From NCBI GenBank assembly GCA_041659205.1, contig JBAZYS010000004.1, positions 587 through 64,586 on the forward strand: DNA of 64,000 nt, in the 5' to 3' direction. Both the position numbers and the translations under genes were made by a program. Below the pieces are notes generated by a model. The model saw only the letters and a list, made by a program, of their open reading frames with translations. It made no database searches and was not told the DNA's origin. Below are positions 37,741 through 47,315 of the stretch, one piece after another. This DNA comes from Minisyncoccota bacterium (lineage in GTDB: Bacteria; Patescibacteriota; Minisyncoccia; Phycocordibacterales; UBA9973). Within the stretch, counting starts at the first letter, position 1. Each line of letters starts with the position of its first letter.

Positions 37741-37825
37741 GGGTACTCCTTTCAATAACCAGAGTATACCCGCTACATATAGCTGTCAACTCGTAAATTT
37801 TTATTATATTTAGTATGATAAAGCT

Positions 37826-38560
37826 ATGAAATTAATCTCTTTAAACACTTGGTGCGGGAAGATATATGAACCATTAAAAAAATTCATAGAAGATAATGCA
37901 AATGAAACTGATATTTTTTGCTTTCAGGAAATACGCAATGGAAAATATTTAGACAGATGGGAAGCAGAAGACGAAGTCGAAGACCTTTTTGAGAAAATAG
38001 AAAATATCCTACCAAATTTTAAGGGTTACTTTACAGAGATGACACCTGGTCTTGGACTCGCAACTTATATTAAAAATACCCTAGAAGTAGAAAAATTTTA
38101 TTCATCAACAGTACTTTCTTCAGAAGAATTAGAAGACATAGAAAAATTTGAAAACAGAACAACAAAACCACGCGTGATACAAGTCATAACATTAAAAAAT
38201 AAATTATCTATTTTAAATTTTCACGGTATTTATGGTGGTTATAAAAAAGATACAAAAGAACGGGAATTACAAACAAAGAGAATACAAGAAATATTGATTA
38301 AATTAGATGAACCCAAAATTCTAATTGGGGATTTTAATCTAAATCCAGATACGAATGCTGTTGCTGAATTAGAAAAACTAATGAGAAATTTGATAAAAGA
38401 GAATAATATTAATGCTACCAGAAGTGACCTTTATGAAGAAAAAGAAATTATGCCTTTTGCAGACTATGCTTTTGTTTCAAAAGATATAAATATAAAAGAT
38501 TTCAGGGTTCTTCAAGATGAAGTTTCTGACCATTTACCGTTATTTTTAGAAATTAAATAA
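37826..38560 (+). CDS. Endonuclease/exonuclease/phosphatase (EEP) family protein
   Basis: SLN, FQE, GDFN, DY, SDHLPL. Confidence 0.92.
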   Translation: MKLISLNTWCGKIYEPLKKFIEDNANETDIFCFQEIRNGKYLDRWEAEDEVEDLFEKIENILPNFKGYFTEMTPGLGLATYIKNTLEVEKFYSSTVLSSEELEDIEKFENRTTKPRVIQVITLKNKLSILNFHGIYGGYKKDTKERELQTKRIQEILIKLDEPKILIGDFNLNPDTNAVAELEKLMRNLIKENNINATRSDLYEEKEIMPFADYAFVSKDINIKDFRVLQDEVSDHLPLFLEIK

Positions 38561-38574
38561 GTTATTATATCGTA

Positions 38575-39255
38575 GTGAACGAAAAAATATTAAAATTAAA
38601 ATCTGAATTAAAAAATCGTGGGATTGTAGGATTAGCTCTTGATATTGATGAGACCTTATCCCATACAAATCATCATTGGTGGGAACATATGATTAATTTT
38701 CATAAACCAGAAGAGCTGAGTAAGGAAGAAATGATTGAAAAATACAAATTTATTGATGAGGTACCAGAATGGCAGACAGAGGAAGCCAATAAATTCAAGG
38801 AACAAACCTTACACTCAAATGAGTTCAACGAAACAGTACCGCTCATTCATGATGCTAATAAAATTGTCCAAGAGATAAATAAAATTATTCCAATTGTAGC
38901 TTATATAACTGCTAGGCCTATAACTGTTGTCGATGGAACTCTCAAATGGCTCAAGAAACACAATTTCCCTGAAGCTGAATTAATAACAAGACCGAAAGAT
39001 ATAAGCTTAGAGGATTTCAATTTAAATAAAAATAAATGGAAAGCTGAAGTATTAAATACTCTTTTCCCTGAAGTTATAGGTATAGTTGATGATAATTCCG
39101 TATTAATACATCAGTTAGAAGCTTTAAATTACCCAGGAATGCTATATTTTTACGGAGAAGAAACTAATCAGTTCAAGGATGATGAACATGTTATAATTTG
39201 TCCTACCTGGAATAATGTATTAGATAAAATCAAAGAAAAAGTGCATTTGATATAA
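38575..39255 (+). CDS. HAD-superfamily (NT5C-like) phosphatase
   Basis: LDIDETL, ITAR, IVDD. Confidence 0.8.
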   Translation: MNEKILKLKSELKNRGIVGLALDIDETLSHTNHHWWEHMINFHKPEELSKEEMIEKYKFIDEVPEWQTEEANKFKEQTLHSNEFNETVPLIHDANKIVQEINKIIPIVAYITARPITVVDGTLKWLKKHNFPEAELITRPKDISLEDFNLNKNKWKAEVLNTLFPEVIGIVDDNSVLIHQLEALNYPGMLYFYGEETNQFKDDEHVIICPTWNNVLDKIKEKVHLI

Positions 39256-39262
39256 AATATAT

Positions 39263-39709
39263 ATGAAAAATAACATAAATAATAACCTAGTTATTGAATT
39301 ACACGTCCCAGATTTTAATAAAGTTAAGAAATTTTATGCATGCTTAGGTTTTACTGAAATCATATTCGAACATGTTCCGGCAGAACAACCAGGATATTTG
39401 GTTTTAAGAAGGAAAAGTGATCTTGGAGATACTCTTTTACATTTTTATGGCGGAGATGAGAGAGTTTATAATCAGTCATTCTTTAAACAATTCCCAAAAG
39501 ATACTCGTCGCGGATATGCAACAGAAATTACAATTCCAGTTAACGATATAGATTCAGTATATGAAAAAGTAAAAAATTTAGTGCCCGATGCTATCGTTCG
39601 AGAATTAAAAGACCTCGTTGATATAGATATCAAATGGAAAGATTTTCGTATGGTAGACCCTTTCGGTTATTATATTCGCATGACAGAGCTTATAAACTGG
39701 GGTCAATAA
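39263..39709 (+). CDS. VOC/bleomycin-resistance-family protein
   Basis: LHVPDF...FY..LGF and DFRMVDPFGYYIR. Confidence 0.85.
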   Translation: MKNNINNNLVIELHVPDFNKVKKFYACLGFTEIIFEHVPAEQPGYLVLRRKSDLGDTLLHFYGGDERVYNQSFFKQFPKDTRRGYATEITIPVNDIDSVYEKVKNLVPDAIVRELKDLVDIDIKWKDFRMVDPFGYYIRMTELINWGQ

Positions 39710-39713
39710 TTAT

Positions 39714-40328
39714 ATGAAAATAATTAAACCAATTAAGGGCATTGTAGTAAAAAGGGCCTTTGTTGTTTCTGATTTTATTAGTGCAAAAAATAACAGAAGA
39801 AAATATCTTACTTTGGTGCCTGAAAATATTTTTCTTAAAAAACTTAAAACTGCAAAGAAAAATGCACTTAAATTAAAAGAATCTCAGCTTGATAGAATCA
39901 TAATGAATGAATACAAGAAGAGGCTTACCGCCTACGATAATAGTACTTGGTATTTAGGAGAAGTAAAAACTAGTGAGGTGGGAGTTTGGAAAAAAGCTGG
40001 AGGACTTCCTTTGTCCTGGACTAATGGTTCGCTTGCCGAAACTGCAAAAAAAGTAAAACATGCATTAGCTAATAACCCCAAACTTATTAAAAAAAGAGCT
40101 AGGTACAGTATTCCTAATATGCTGAAAACAAATATCCACCTTCTTCAGCAGGAAAAATATTTATTACCAATTATTTTTAAGGGTGGCACAGGAACAAAAG
40201 GACGAAAAAGATTAAAAAAACATATGAAAGGGGATATTGATGATGGGTGCATGAGATCTATTGCATTAGCAATAAAAGGAAAAAGGACACTTAAGGCCTA
40301 CATCGGTTTTCCGAAGAATTTGGTATAA
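39714..40328 (+). CDS. Basic hypothetical protein
   Basis: 204 aa, Lys-rich; IDDGCMR is faintly like a ParB/Srx DG.HR motif. Confidence 0.65.
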   Translation: MKIIKPIKGIVVKRAFVVSDFISAKNNRRKYLTLVPENIFLKKLKTAKKNALKLKESQLDRIIMNEYKKRLTAYDNSTWYLGEVKTSEVGVWKKAGGLPLSWTNGSLAETAKKVKHALANNPKLIKKRARYSIPNMLKTNIHLLQQEKYLLPIIFKGGTGTKGRKRLKKHMKGDIDDGCMRSIALAIKGKRTLKAYIGFPKNLV

Positions 40329-40358
40329 TAGAATTATTATTAATCTTAATTTAAAATT

Positions 40359-40766
40359 ATGGAAACACTTTCAACAAGTTCAGTGCAAACAAATAAAGGA
40401 AAGATTTTTTTGAATACTGTTTTGTGGGGTTTTGCACTTTGGCTTTTTGGTTATGCTTTAGGATTTGTATTCTTTGCTTTTGTACCTCAAGATTCGATCG
40501 GATGGTACATTATGCCTTTTGGTGTCCTTGCTACCCTCTTGGTATTACTTAAGAAAATCAAAAGGGAAGAGTTTAAATGTTATATCGGACTCGGGGTAAT
40601 TTGGACTATTCTGGCAGTTGTTTTAGATTATTTTTTCTTGGTTAAAATGCTTTCCGCAGTAAATTATTACAAACTTGATGTATATATTTATTACGCCCTA
40701 ACCCTTATTTTGCCAATTGTTGTCGGATGGTATAAGTTCAAAACAATTAACAATACTAATCAATAA
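40359..40766 (+). CDS. 4-TM membrane protein
   Basis: Four hydrophobic helices. Confidence 0.75.
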   Translation: METLSTSSVQTNKGKIFLNTVLWGFALWLFGYALGFVFFAFVPQDSIGWYIMPFGVLATLLVLLKKIKREEFKCYIGLGVIWTILAVVLDYFFLVKMLSAVNYYKLDVYIYYALTLILPIVVGWYKFKTINNTNQ

Positions 40767-40768
40767 AT

Positions 40769-41083
40769 ATGAGAAAACCATTCGTACATGCATTAGCCGC
40801 TGCTTTATATATCATTATCCTGGTTCTATCTATAAATGCCACGAGCGGCGTTATCCCGGAGGATAGTATAAATTTACTGATACCAATGGTAATGCTCTGT
40901 CTTTTAGTATTGTCAGTTTTAGTTATGGGGTATTTATTTCTATTCGAGCCTTTGCGTCTCTATATGGAAAATCAAAAAGGCGAGGCTGTGGCTTTCTTTG
41001 GTAAAACTGTTGGATTCTTTGCTTGCTTCATCCTCATTTTCTTGATTATTCTTTTCTTGAAACAATTTATTTTTCACGCATGA
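40769..41083 (+). CDS. 3-TM membrane protein
   Basis: Three hydrophobic helices. Confidence 0.75.
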   Translation: MRKPFVHALAAALYIIILVLSINATSGVIPEDSINLLIPMVMLCLLVLSVLVMGYLFLFEPLRLYMENQKGEAVAFFGKTVGFFACFILIFLIILFLKQFIFHA

Positions 41084-41095
41084 TATAATACTTAT

Positions 41096-41242
41096 ATGCA
41101 AAAAACTTTACGAATTTTTCTTTTAGTTCTCATTATTATAGGTATTGGATTAATAGCCACTCAAAAGTTTTGGGTTCCTAAATTAGTTGAAAAAATGCTT
41201 TCAAGCGAAGTTGCCGCACAATTAAATGAAATTAGAAACTAA
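41096..41242 (+). CDS. 48-aa single-TM protein (not in ORF track)
   Basis: TATAAT-N6-ATG; MQKTLRIFLLVLIIIGIGLIATQKFWVPKLV... Confidence 0.6.
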   Translation: MQKTLRIFLLVLIIIGIGLIATQKFWVPKLVEKMLSSEVAAQLNEIRN

Positions 41243-41795
41243 AAGATTAATCTTAAGAGAGCCTAAAAAGAGTGACTGGAAAGACCTCGTGGAAGGGGTC
41301 GGGGAATGTGATGTGGCAAAGATGCTTTCAACTATAGTCCATCCATATACAAAAAAGGATGCAATAGAATATATACAAAAGGTAAATAAACGTTGGAAAC
41401 AAAAAATCAAAGATGACTATTCATTTTTTATCGAATTAAAATCTGAGAAAAAAATGATCGGGGCCATCGGCATTCACAAAATAGATATTTATTCCGGAAA
41501 TGGCACGACGGGGTCCTGGATTAATAAAAAGTATTGGAGAAATGGCTATATGACTGAAGCAAAAGTGGCTTTAAATGATTTTGCATTTAATAAACTAAAA
41601 TTTATTAGATTAAATTCTTCTGTTGCTACAAATAACGTAGCTTCGAATGCTACTCAATTGAAAATGGGATATAAGCTAGAAGGAATGCAGAGAAAAATTA
41701 AGAGATGTAGGGCATCTGGCAAACTTTCTGACCAAAATATGTATGGCTTACTAAAAGAGGATTGGAAAAAGACAAAAGCTAAAATAAAGTGTTAA
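41226..41795 (+). CDS. GNAT acetyltransferase (RimJ/RimL type)
   Basis: LETKRLILR, YWRNGYMTEA, N.AS....KMGY..EG. Confidence 0.9.
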   Translation: MKLETKRLILREPKKSDWKDLVEGVGECDVAKMLSTIVHPYTKKDAIEYIQKVNKRWKQKIKDDYSFFIELKSEKKMIGAIGIHKIDIYSGNGTTGSWINKKYWRNGYMTEAKVALNDFAFNKLKFIRLNSSVATNNVASNATQLKMGYKLEGMQRKIKRCRASGKLSDQNMYGLLKEDWKKTKAKIKC

Positions 41796-41808
41796 TATAT
41801 ATCCCTAT

Positions 41809-42744
41809 ATGGAAAGCATAAACCCAGGAAACAATACAAATGAGGCAAGGGGACTCAAGCCCGAAAAGCGTGAACATATTCCGACTGCTGAGAAACTAAA
41901 AATTGTAATGGTGCGTATTGCAAGTGAAGTAAATAAGGAAACTGAGGAAAAATACGGACTTAAGAGTTTAGTTGACGCATCTTTACATATTAATCCTACT
42001 TTTTTTACTAAGGAAAAAGGTGGCATATATAATTCAGATGAGGTTTTTAATGATGAAGGAGAAGTTTATGCGCTTGATAGAATGAATTCAGGAGCAGATA
42101 GTGAGGGTGTACAGAAGCATTACAAGGCTGAATTTGGCGTAGAAGGCCAAGAAGGAATTATTGCAAAATACCGAGAGAATAAAGATATAAGCAAAAGTAA
42201 TCAGGCCGAAATAGTAATCACTGCGCTCCTGCACAAAGTACTTAAAGAGAAATTTCTCGTGGTACGTTCTGCTGTATTTGACGACTACAAGCACGGTATT
42301 GATAATTTAATTCTAGATAAAGAAACAGGAATGGTCATCAGTGCATTCGATGAAGTCATTGAAAACCTAGGTGATAAAGACAAGGGTCCTTCAAAAAAGA
42401 TTGAAAAAATTAAAAAGATCGCCCTAAAAGGTGGCACCGAGGCAAAATATGGTATTGCACTTAAAGACAACCAGCTCACAAGAGCACACACTCGAAATAT
42501 TCCTGTATTTTACTTAACCCTAGAAGGTAAAAATCTTACAGAACTTGCAGATTCTCTCTTTAAAGACAGTGATAATAATGCGGATGTTGAAGTTAAGCTT
42601 TTCTCCCATCTTGTACAATCTATCAGAGAGCAAAAGCAAATGTTAGAAAAATTGAATCTTCCTCCTGTTGTAAGGAAAAATTTAGAAGGTTTTGAAAGAT
42701 CTCTCATTACTATGGAAAATTTTTCTGTACAAACAAAAATATGA
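41809..42744 (+). CDS. Hypothetical protein, possible PD-(D/E)xK-like fold
   Basis: E...VVRSAVFDDYKHGIDNLILD...AFDE acidic pattern. Confidence 0.55.
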   Translation: MESINPGNNTNEARGLKPEKREHIPTAEKLKIVMVRIASEVNKETEEKYGLKSLVDASLHINPTFFTKEKGGIYNSDEVFNDEGEVYALDRMNSGADSEGVQKHYKAEFGVEGQEGIIAKYRENKDISKSNQAEIVITALLHKVLKEKFLVVRSAVFDDYKHGIDNLILDKETGMVISAFDEVIENLGDKDKGPSKKIEKIKKIALKGGTEAKYGIALKDNQLTRAHTRNIPVFYLTLEGKNLTELADSLFKDSDNNADVEVKLFSHLVQSIREQKQMLEKLNLPPVVRKNLEGFERSLITMENFSVQTKI

Positions 42745-43355
42745 AAAAGAAAATACAAATAGTCATAATTCATGGCGGAATGACTTTTAAAAAAAGAAAG
42801 GATTATTTAGACTATTTAAAAAATCGTGAAGTTAAAATTGAAAAGAAAATAAGGTGGACTGATGATTATTTAGATAAAGAATTAGGGAAAAAATTTGAGA
42901 TTATCAGACCACAGATGCCCTTATCAGAAGATGCAAAATACGCGGATTGGAAAATATATTTTAAAAGACACATTCCTCATTTAAGAAATAATGTAATTTT
43001 AATAGGGAATTCACTTGGTGGGATATTCCTCGCTAAATATTTATCAGAAAATAAATTCCCAAAAAGAATCCTATCGACATATTTAGTCTGCCCACCTTTC
43101 GACAATACTCTTTCTGCTGAAGACTTAGTCGGCGGATTTAAACTCAAGGCTGACCTATCGCTCATTGAGAAGAATTCAAAAAACCTATATTTATTGTTTT
43201 CAGAAGATGACGACGTCGTTCCACTCTCTCATGCTAAAAAATATAAAAATAAGCTGAAGAATGCAAAAATCTTTATTTATAAGGGTAAAAACGGGCATTT
43301 CCGAATACCTAAATTCCCCGAGATAGTTAAAATGATAAAGAATGACATTTCTTAA
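42741..43355 (+). CDS. RBBP9/YdeN-like alpha/beta hydrolase
   Basis: IIHGG, GNSLG, SEDDDVVP, GHF. Confidence 0.85.
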   Translation: MKKKIQIVIIHGGMTFKKRKDYLDYLKNREVKIEKKIRWTDDYLDKELGKKFEIIRPQMPLSEDAKYADWKIYFKRHIPHLRNNVILIGNSLGGIFLAKYLSENKFPKRILSTYLVCPPFDNTLSAEDLVGGFKLKADLSLIEKNSKNLYLLFSEDDDVVPLSHAKKYKNKLKNAKIFIYKGKNGHFRIPKFPEIVKMIKNDIS

Positions 43356-43377
43356 TAAATTAATATATAATGAAAAT

Positions 43378-43758
43378 ATGAATATAGAAGATAATTTTCC
43401 ACCAAGACAATTTAAAATAGATAGTGATCTAGACCCCGAAGAGGCACTAACAGAAGCAAGGGAACAGGAAGAAAAATTAAGGTCCGAGCAAGAAGGAAGA
43501 GATTTAGTTCACAGCCAAATAGAAATAGAAAGACTAAGCCGCCCACAAAATATAATAATAAAACTAACTCAATTAAACATTCTGAAAAAGAATGGTGAAG
43601 TTGAATTGGATGGAATAGATTTTCGTGGCAGAGATATCAAACAAGGTGAAAAAGTTATTTTATTCGGCAGAAATGAAAAGATAGAGGCAAAATTTGATGG
43701 AATTGTAAAGAAAAACAAAGATGGAACTATGACTATTAAAGTTAGTTCATTAAATTAA
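43378..43758 (+). CDS. Hypothetical protein
   Basis: TATAAT-N6-ATG start; 126 aa. Confidence 0.6.
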   Translation: MNIEDNFPPRQFKIDSDLDPEEALTEAREQEEKLRSEQEGRDLVHSQIEIERLSRPQNIIIKLTQLNILKKNGEVELDGIDFRGRDIKQGEKVILFGRNEKIEAKFDGIVKKNKDGTMTIKVSSLN

Positions 43759-43797
43759 CCTAAAACAATAAATAGTTTTTTATTGTACAATGGTTTG

Positions 43798-44991
43798 ATG
43801 AGTGACAAAAAGGACAACCTATTTCTGCATGCAGACGGAGACTCATTTTTCGTAGCTTGTGAGCTTACATTGCGTCCAGAGCTCAAGGGCAAGCCCGTAA
43901 TCGTCGGTGAAGATAGGGGAATAGCAGTAGCAATGAGCGCTGAGGCGAAGAAGCTCGGAGTCACGAGAGGAATGCCAACTTTTCAAATCAAAAAACTATT
44001 TCCTGAAGTGGTCATCCTTCCGCACCATTTCGACCTTTATAATGATATTTCGAATGGCATGTATCAAATATTGCAATCATACTGCCAGACAATTGAGGTA
44101 TATAGTATCGACGAATGTTTCGCTGTCATTTGTCCTCACGATGTTAAATATTTCGGTGGAGAAAGGGAACTTCTTTCTGAATTAAAAAATGAAATAGAAA
44201 AAACTCTTGGAGTGACCTATTCATTCGGCCTCGCTCGTACTAAAGCTCTCGCCAAGCAAGCCTCAAAACTAGAAAAACCAAATGGAATGGTGATGTTACT
44301 TTCAAAAGACGATGAAATTCGAGCCCTTAAGGCAACCTCAATAGACGATATTTGGGGTATCGGTAGACAGACAGTTCCACGCCTAAAAGACCTTGGAATT
44401 AAAAATGCTTTTGATTTTGTTAATTATTCTAAAACAGAAATAGAGAAATATTTTTCAGAGCCTGTGTTTAATTTACAAAAAGAACTAAGTGGTGAAATAC
44501 TTTTTGAAGTAGAAGGCAATAGTGACCCTCGTGACCAGAAGTCTATTCAATCCACCTCCACTTTTCGTCCATCATCTGCTGATACGAAAATCATTTGGCA
44601 AGAAATTGCAAAAAATGCTGAACATGCCTGCGAGAATGCTCGCGAGCTTCATCTAGTAAGTAATAAGGTATCATTTTTCGTTAAAACAAGTGAATTTAAA
44701 TATCACACAGATGAAGTTAAGTTAAATTTATATACAGCAGACCCAGGGGTTATTCTTAATGCCATAGAAAACAAGCTTCTGAAACTTCTAAAAAAGAATG
44801 AGAAAATTCGTTCCACGGGTGTAATCTTGCACAATCTTATCCGTGAAGAAAATGTGCCCCGAGATTTATTTGGGAAACAGGACAAAGAGCTCAAAAGCTT
44901 GATAGTAGAAGAAGTCGCTGATAAAATCAGACAAAAATATGGTAACAATATGATAAAACGGGTTGCTTCGTTAAAAAGAAATAAAAGTTAG
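43798..44991 (+). CDS. dinB: Y-family DNA polymerase (DinB/Pol IV-like)
   Basis: HADGDSFFVACE, YSIDE, KALAKQAS...KPNG, WGIG. Confidence 0.88.
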   Translation: MSDKKDNLFLHADGDSFFVACELTLRPELKGKPVIVGEDRGIAVAMSAEAKKLGVTRGMPTFQIKKLFPEVVILPHHFDLYNDISNGMYQILQSYCQTIEVYSIDECFAVICPHDVKYFGGERELLSELKNEIEKTLGVTYSFGLARTKALAKQASKLEKPNGMVMLLSKDDEIRALKATSIDDIWGIGRQTVPRLKDLGIKNAFDFVNYSKTEIEKYFSEPVFNLQKELSGEILFEVEGNSDPRDQKSIQSTSTFRPSSADTKIIWQEIAKNAEHACENARELHLVSNKVSFFVKTSEFKYHTDEVKLNLYTADPGVILNAIENKLLKLLKKNEKIRSTGVILHNLIREENVPRDLFGKQDKELKSLIVEEVADKIRQKYGNNMIKRVASLKRNKS

Positions 44992-45022
44992 ATAAGAATA
45001 TTAAATCTGTTATAATCAAACT

Positions 45023-45841
45023 ATGAATTTAGAAGGAAAAATCGACAATAAGACAATATTACTAAAATCAGAACTGCGACAACACCTCGCAAAAGGGGTA
45101 AAACCAATCATCACAGGAATAGGTTCTTATGAGGATTTTGGTTTTACAAAACCACTAGAAAAGCCTGGAGAAAAACCAGAAGCTATAAATATTACAGATG
45201 TGGAGAAAAGTTTGGGATTAATTAATTTAAAAAATTTAGACCAAGATGCGGGTACTTATGACGGAGAAGAAGGTGCGCTATCTAATGGCCCTGCTACTTA
45301 TGTCATATCATCAATTGATGAATCAAATAAATTCTCAGAAAATTTTAGCAGATGTTTGGGATTAGTTATAGTTGGAGTAGATAAAATTACTGGAAAAAAT
45401 ATCTCTTGTTTGGGCCATTTTGACCCTATTAAAATGGAAGCTGAGGGAGGTGCCTTAAGAATGGATTTAGAACAAAGGTTAATGGAAATGAAAGTTAAAT
45501 GTAAAGAAAATACCGTTGATGCAGTGATAATGGGAGGTAGGTATTACAATGATTATGAAATAGATTTTCATCAGATGGAACAGCTTTACGATGATTCTAT
45601 AAAATTACTCGGAGGAGAAGTAGAAGAAATGTTTGGTTTTAAACCACAAGTAATTAATGGTCCGAAAACTTATAAAGGTCAAGACAGTATTTTTGTTGAT
45701 AATGAAAATAGAAGGGCATATCTTATGAGGCCGAAGGTGAGTCAGGTTACTGGAGATTTTCCTTATGATGAAATGGATGCAAAGAGTAAAGCCTTGGCAG
45801 ATGATTTTATACAAATAAAACCTAATTCACAAAAAAAATAA
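45023..45841 (+). CDS. Hypothetical protein with a CheD/CNF1-like Cys-His pattern
   Basis: FSRCLGLVIVG...SCLGHFDP...AVIMGG. Confidence 0.55.
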   Translation: MNLEGKIDNKTILLKSELRQHLAKGVKPIITGIGSYEDFGFTKPLEKPGEKPEAINITDVEKSLGLINLKNLDQDAGTYDGEEGALSNGPATYVISSIDESNKFSENFSRCLGLVIVGVDKITGKNISCLGHFDPIKMEAEGGALRMDLEQRLMEMKVKCKENTVDAVIMGGRYYNDYEIDFHQMEQLYDDSIKLLGGEVEEMFGFKPQVINGPKTYKGQDSIFVDNENRRAYLMRPKVSQVTGDFPYDEMDAKSKALADDFIQIKPNSQKK

Positions 45842-45842
45842 T

Positions 45843-46184
45843 ATGAGATTCTTATTAAGATCAAAAATTCACCGAGCAAGAGTTACTGAAGCAAATCTTG
45901 ATTATGTTGGCAGTGTAACAATAGACAAGGATCTAGTCGAAAAAGTAGGCTTAATGGGAGGGGAAAAAGTTTTAATTACAAGCATTGATTCTGGCGCAAG
46001 ACTTGAGACATATGTGATAGTTGGTGAGGCAGGCTCTGGTGTAATCTGCATGAATGGTCCTACTGCTCATTTAATTAAAAAGGATGAAATAGTAGTGATT
46101 ATGGGTTTTGAGCTAACTGATCAGCGAATAAAACCAAAAGTGATAATAGTTGATGAACATAATAATTTTGTAGAATATATCTAA
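45843..46184 (+). CDS. panD: Aspartate 1-decarboxylase
   Basis: SKIHRARVT, YVG-SVTID autocleavage site, RLETY, NG. Confidence 0.93.
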   Translation: MRFLLRSKIHRARVTEANLDYVGSVTIDKDLVEKVGLMGGEKVLITSIDSGARLETYVIVGEAGSGVICMNGPTAHLIKKDEIVVIMGFELTDQRIKPKVIIVDEHNNFVEYI

Positions 46185-46215
46185 ATCGTAAAAATATAAA
46201 TGTTATACTTGAATT

Positions 46216-47304
46216 ATGTCTTTTTTAAATCCTGTCAGAAATTTTTATAGTCGCTATGAGCGCCCCATCTCATCTTTTTCGCTTGTTCTTGGATTCGTTT
46301 TTGATGCAGTAACTCTTAAGCGAGTGGATACACTTTGGGAAAATATATGGATTTTAGCTCACCTTATAGTTATTGGTGTTTTTATTACTCTTATTCATTT
46401 GAAGGAAAACGATGAAGGCGGAGAAAATAATCCTGAAAAAGCTCATTTTTGGTATGTGAATATATTACAGTTTTTCTTCGGAGGAATCATATCCACCTAT
46501 TTAGTTTTTTATTTTAGAAGTTCAGATTTTTTTTCAACTTGGCCATTCCTCATTTTGCTTACAATAGCGTTTATTGCCAATGAATCATTCAAAAGGCATT
46601 ACATTAAATTAAGTTTCCAAATTAGTTTATTCTTTTTATCTATTTACTCATTTGCAATTTTTCTAGTCCCAGTGTTGATGCATGACATAGGTGTCAGCAC
46701 ATTTCTTATTTCCGGATTTGCTAGTTTAATTTTTATAGCATTATTTCTCTTGATTTTATTTTATTTCATCAAGGACAAGTTTACAGAAAGCAAAAAATTA
46801 ATCATATCTTTAATTCTCGGTATTTTTGCTTTAGTGAATTTTTTGTATTTTACGAATTTAATCCCTCCGATACCTCTTTCGTTAAAAGATGGAGGAATAT
46901 ATCATTCAGTCCAAAAAAATTCTGATGGAAATTATGATGTTACCTACGAAAATTATGGCTGGAGAGGATATTTGAAATTATATCAAAGTTTTAATATGAC
47001 GGCTGGAGAGCCAGTTTATGCTTTCAGCGCAATTTTTTCACCAAAAAATCTCAACCTCACAATACTTCATGAATGGCAACACTACGACGAAATGCAGAAC
47101 AAATGGACAAATGAAAGAATAATAAATTTACCAGTAGTCGGAGGAAGGGATGGTGGCTTTAGAACATACTCAATGCGTTCAAATATTGCACCCGGAAAAT
47201 GGCGCGTAAATATCAAAACCACACAAGGCCAAACTATTGGTCAACTAAGATTTAATATTAGACTTGCCGATACATATCCATTGCTAAGTGACATGGTAAA
47301 ATAA
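46216..47304 (+). CDS. Polytopic membrane protein with a C-terminal DUF2914-like domain
   Basis: About 7 TM segments; HEW...GGRDGGFRTYS...GKWRV. Confidence 0.75.
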   Translation: MSFLNPVRNFYSRYERPISSFSLVLGFVFDAVTLKRVDTLWENIWILAHLIVIGVFITLIHLKENDEGGENNPEKAHFWYVNILQFFFGGIISTYLVFYFRSSDFFSTWPFLILLTIAFIANESFKRHYIKLSFQISLFFLSIYSFAIFLVPVLMHDIGVSTFLISGFASLIFIALFLLILFYFIKDKFTESKKLIISLILGIFALVNFLYFTNLIPPIPLSLKDGGIYHSVQKNSDGNYDVTYENYGWRGYLKLYQSFNMTAGEPVYAFSAIFSPKNLNLTILHEWQHYDEMQNKWTNERIINLPVVGGRDGGFRTYSMRSNIAPGKWRVNIKTTQGQTIGQLRFNIRLADTYPLLSDMVK

Positions 47305-47315
47305 TTTAATACAAT

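Noticed and set aside
37344-37813. Additional overlapping ORFs at 37344-37535, 37465-37758 and 37478-37813
   Set aside because: Shadow frames of the GC-rich cassette; they lack expression signals
35364-47304. Long run of short co-oriented unrelated genes resembling an integron cassette array
   Set aside because: No integron integrase in the window and no repeated attC-like palindromes; spacers are short and mostly contain -10 boxes
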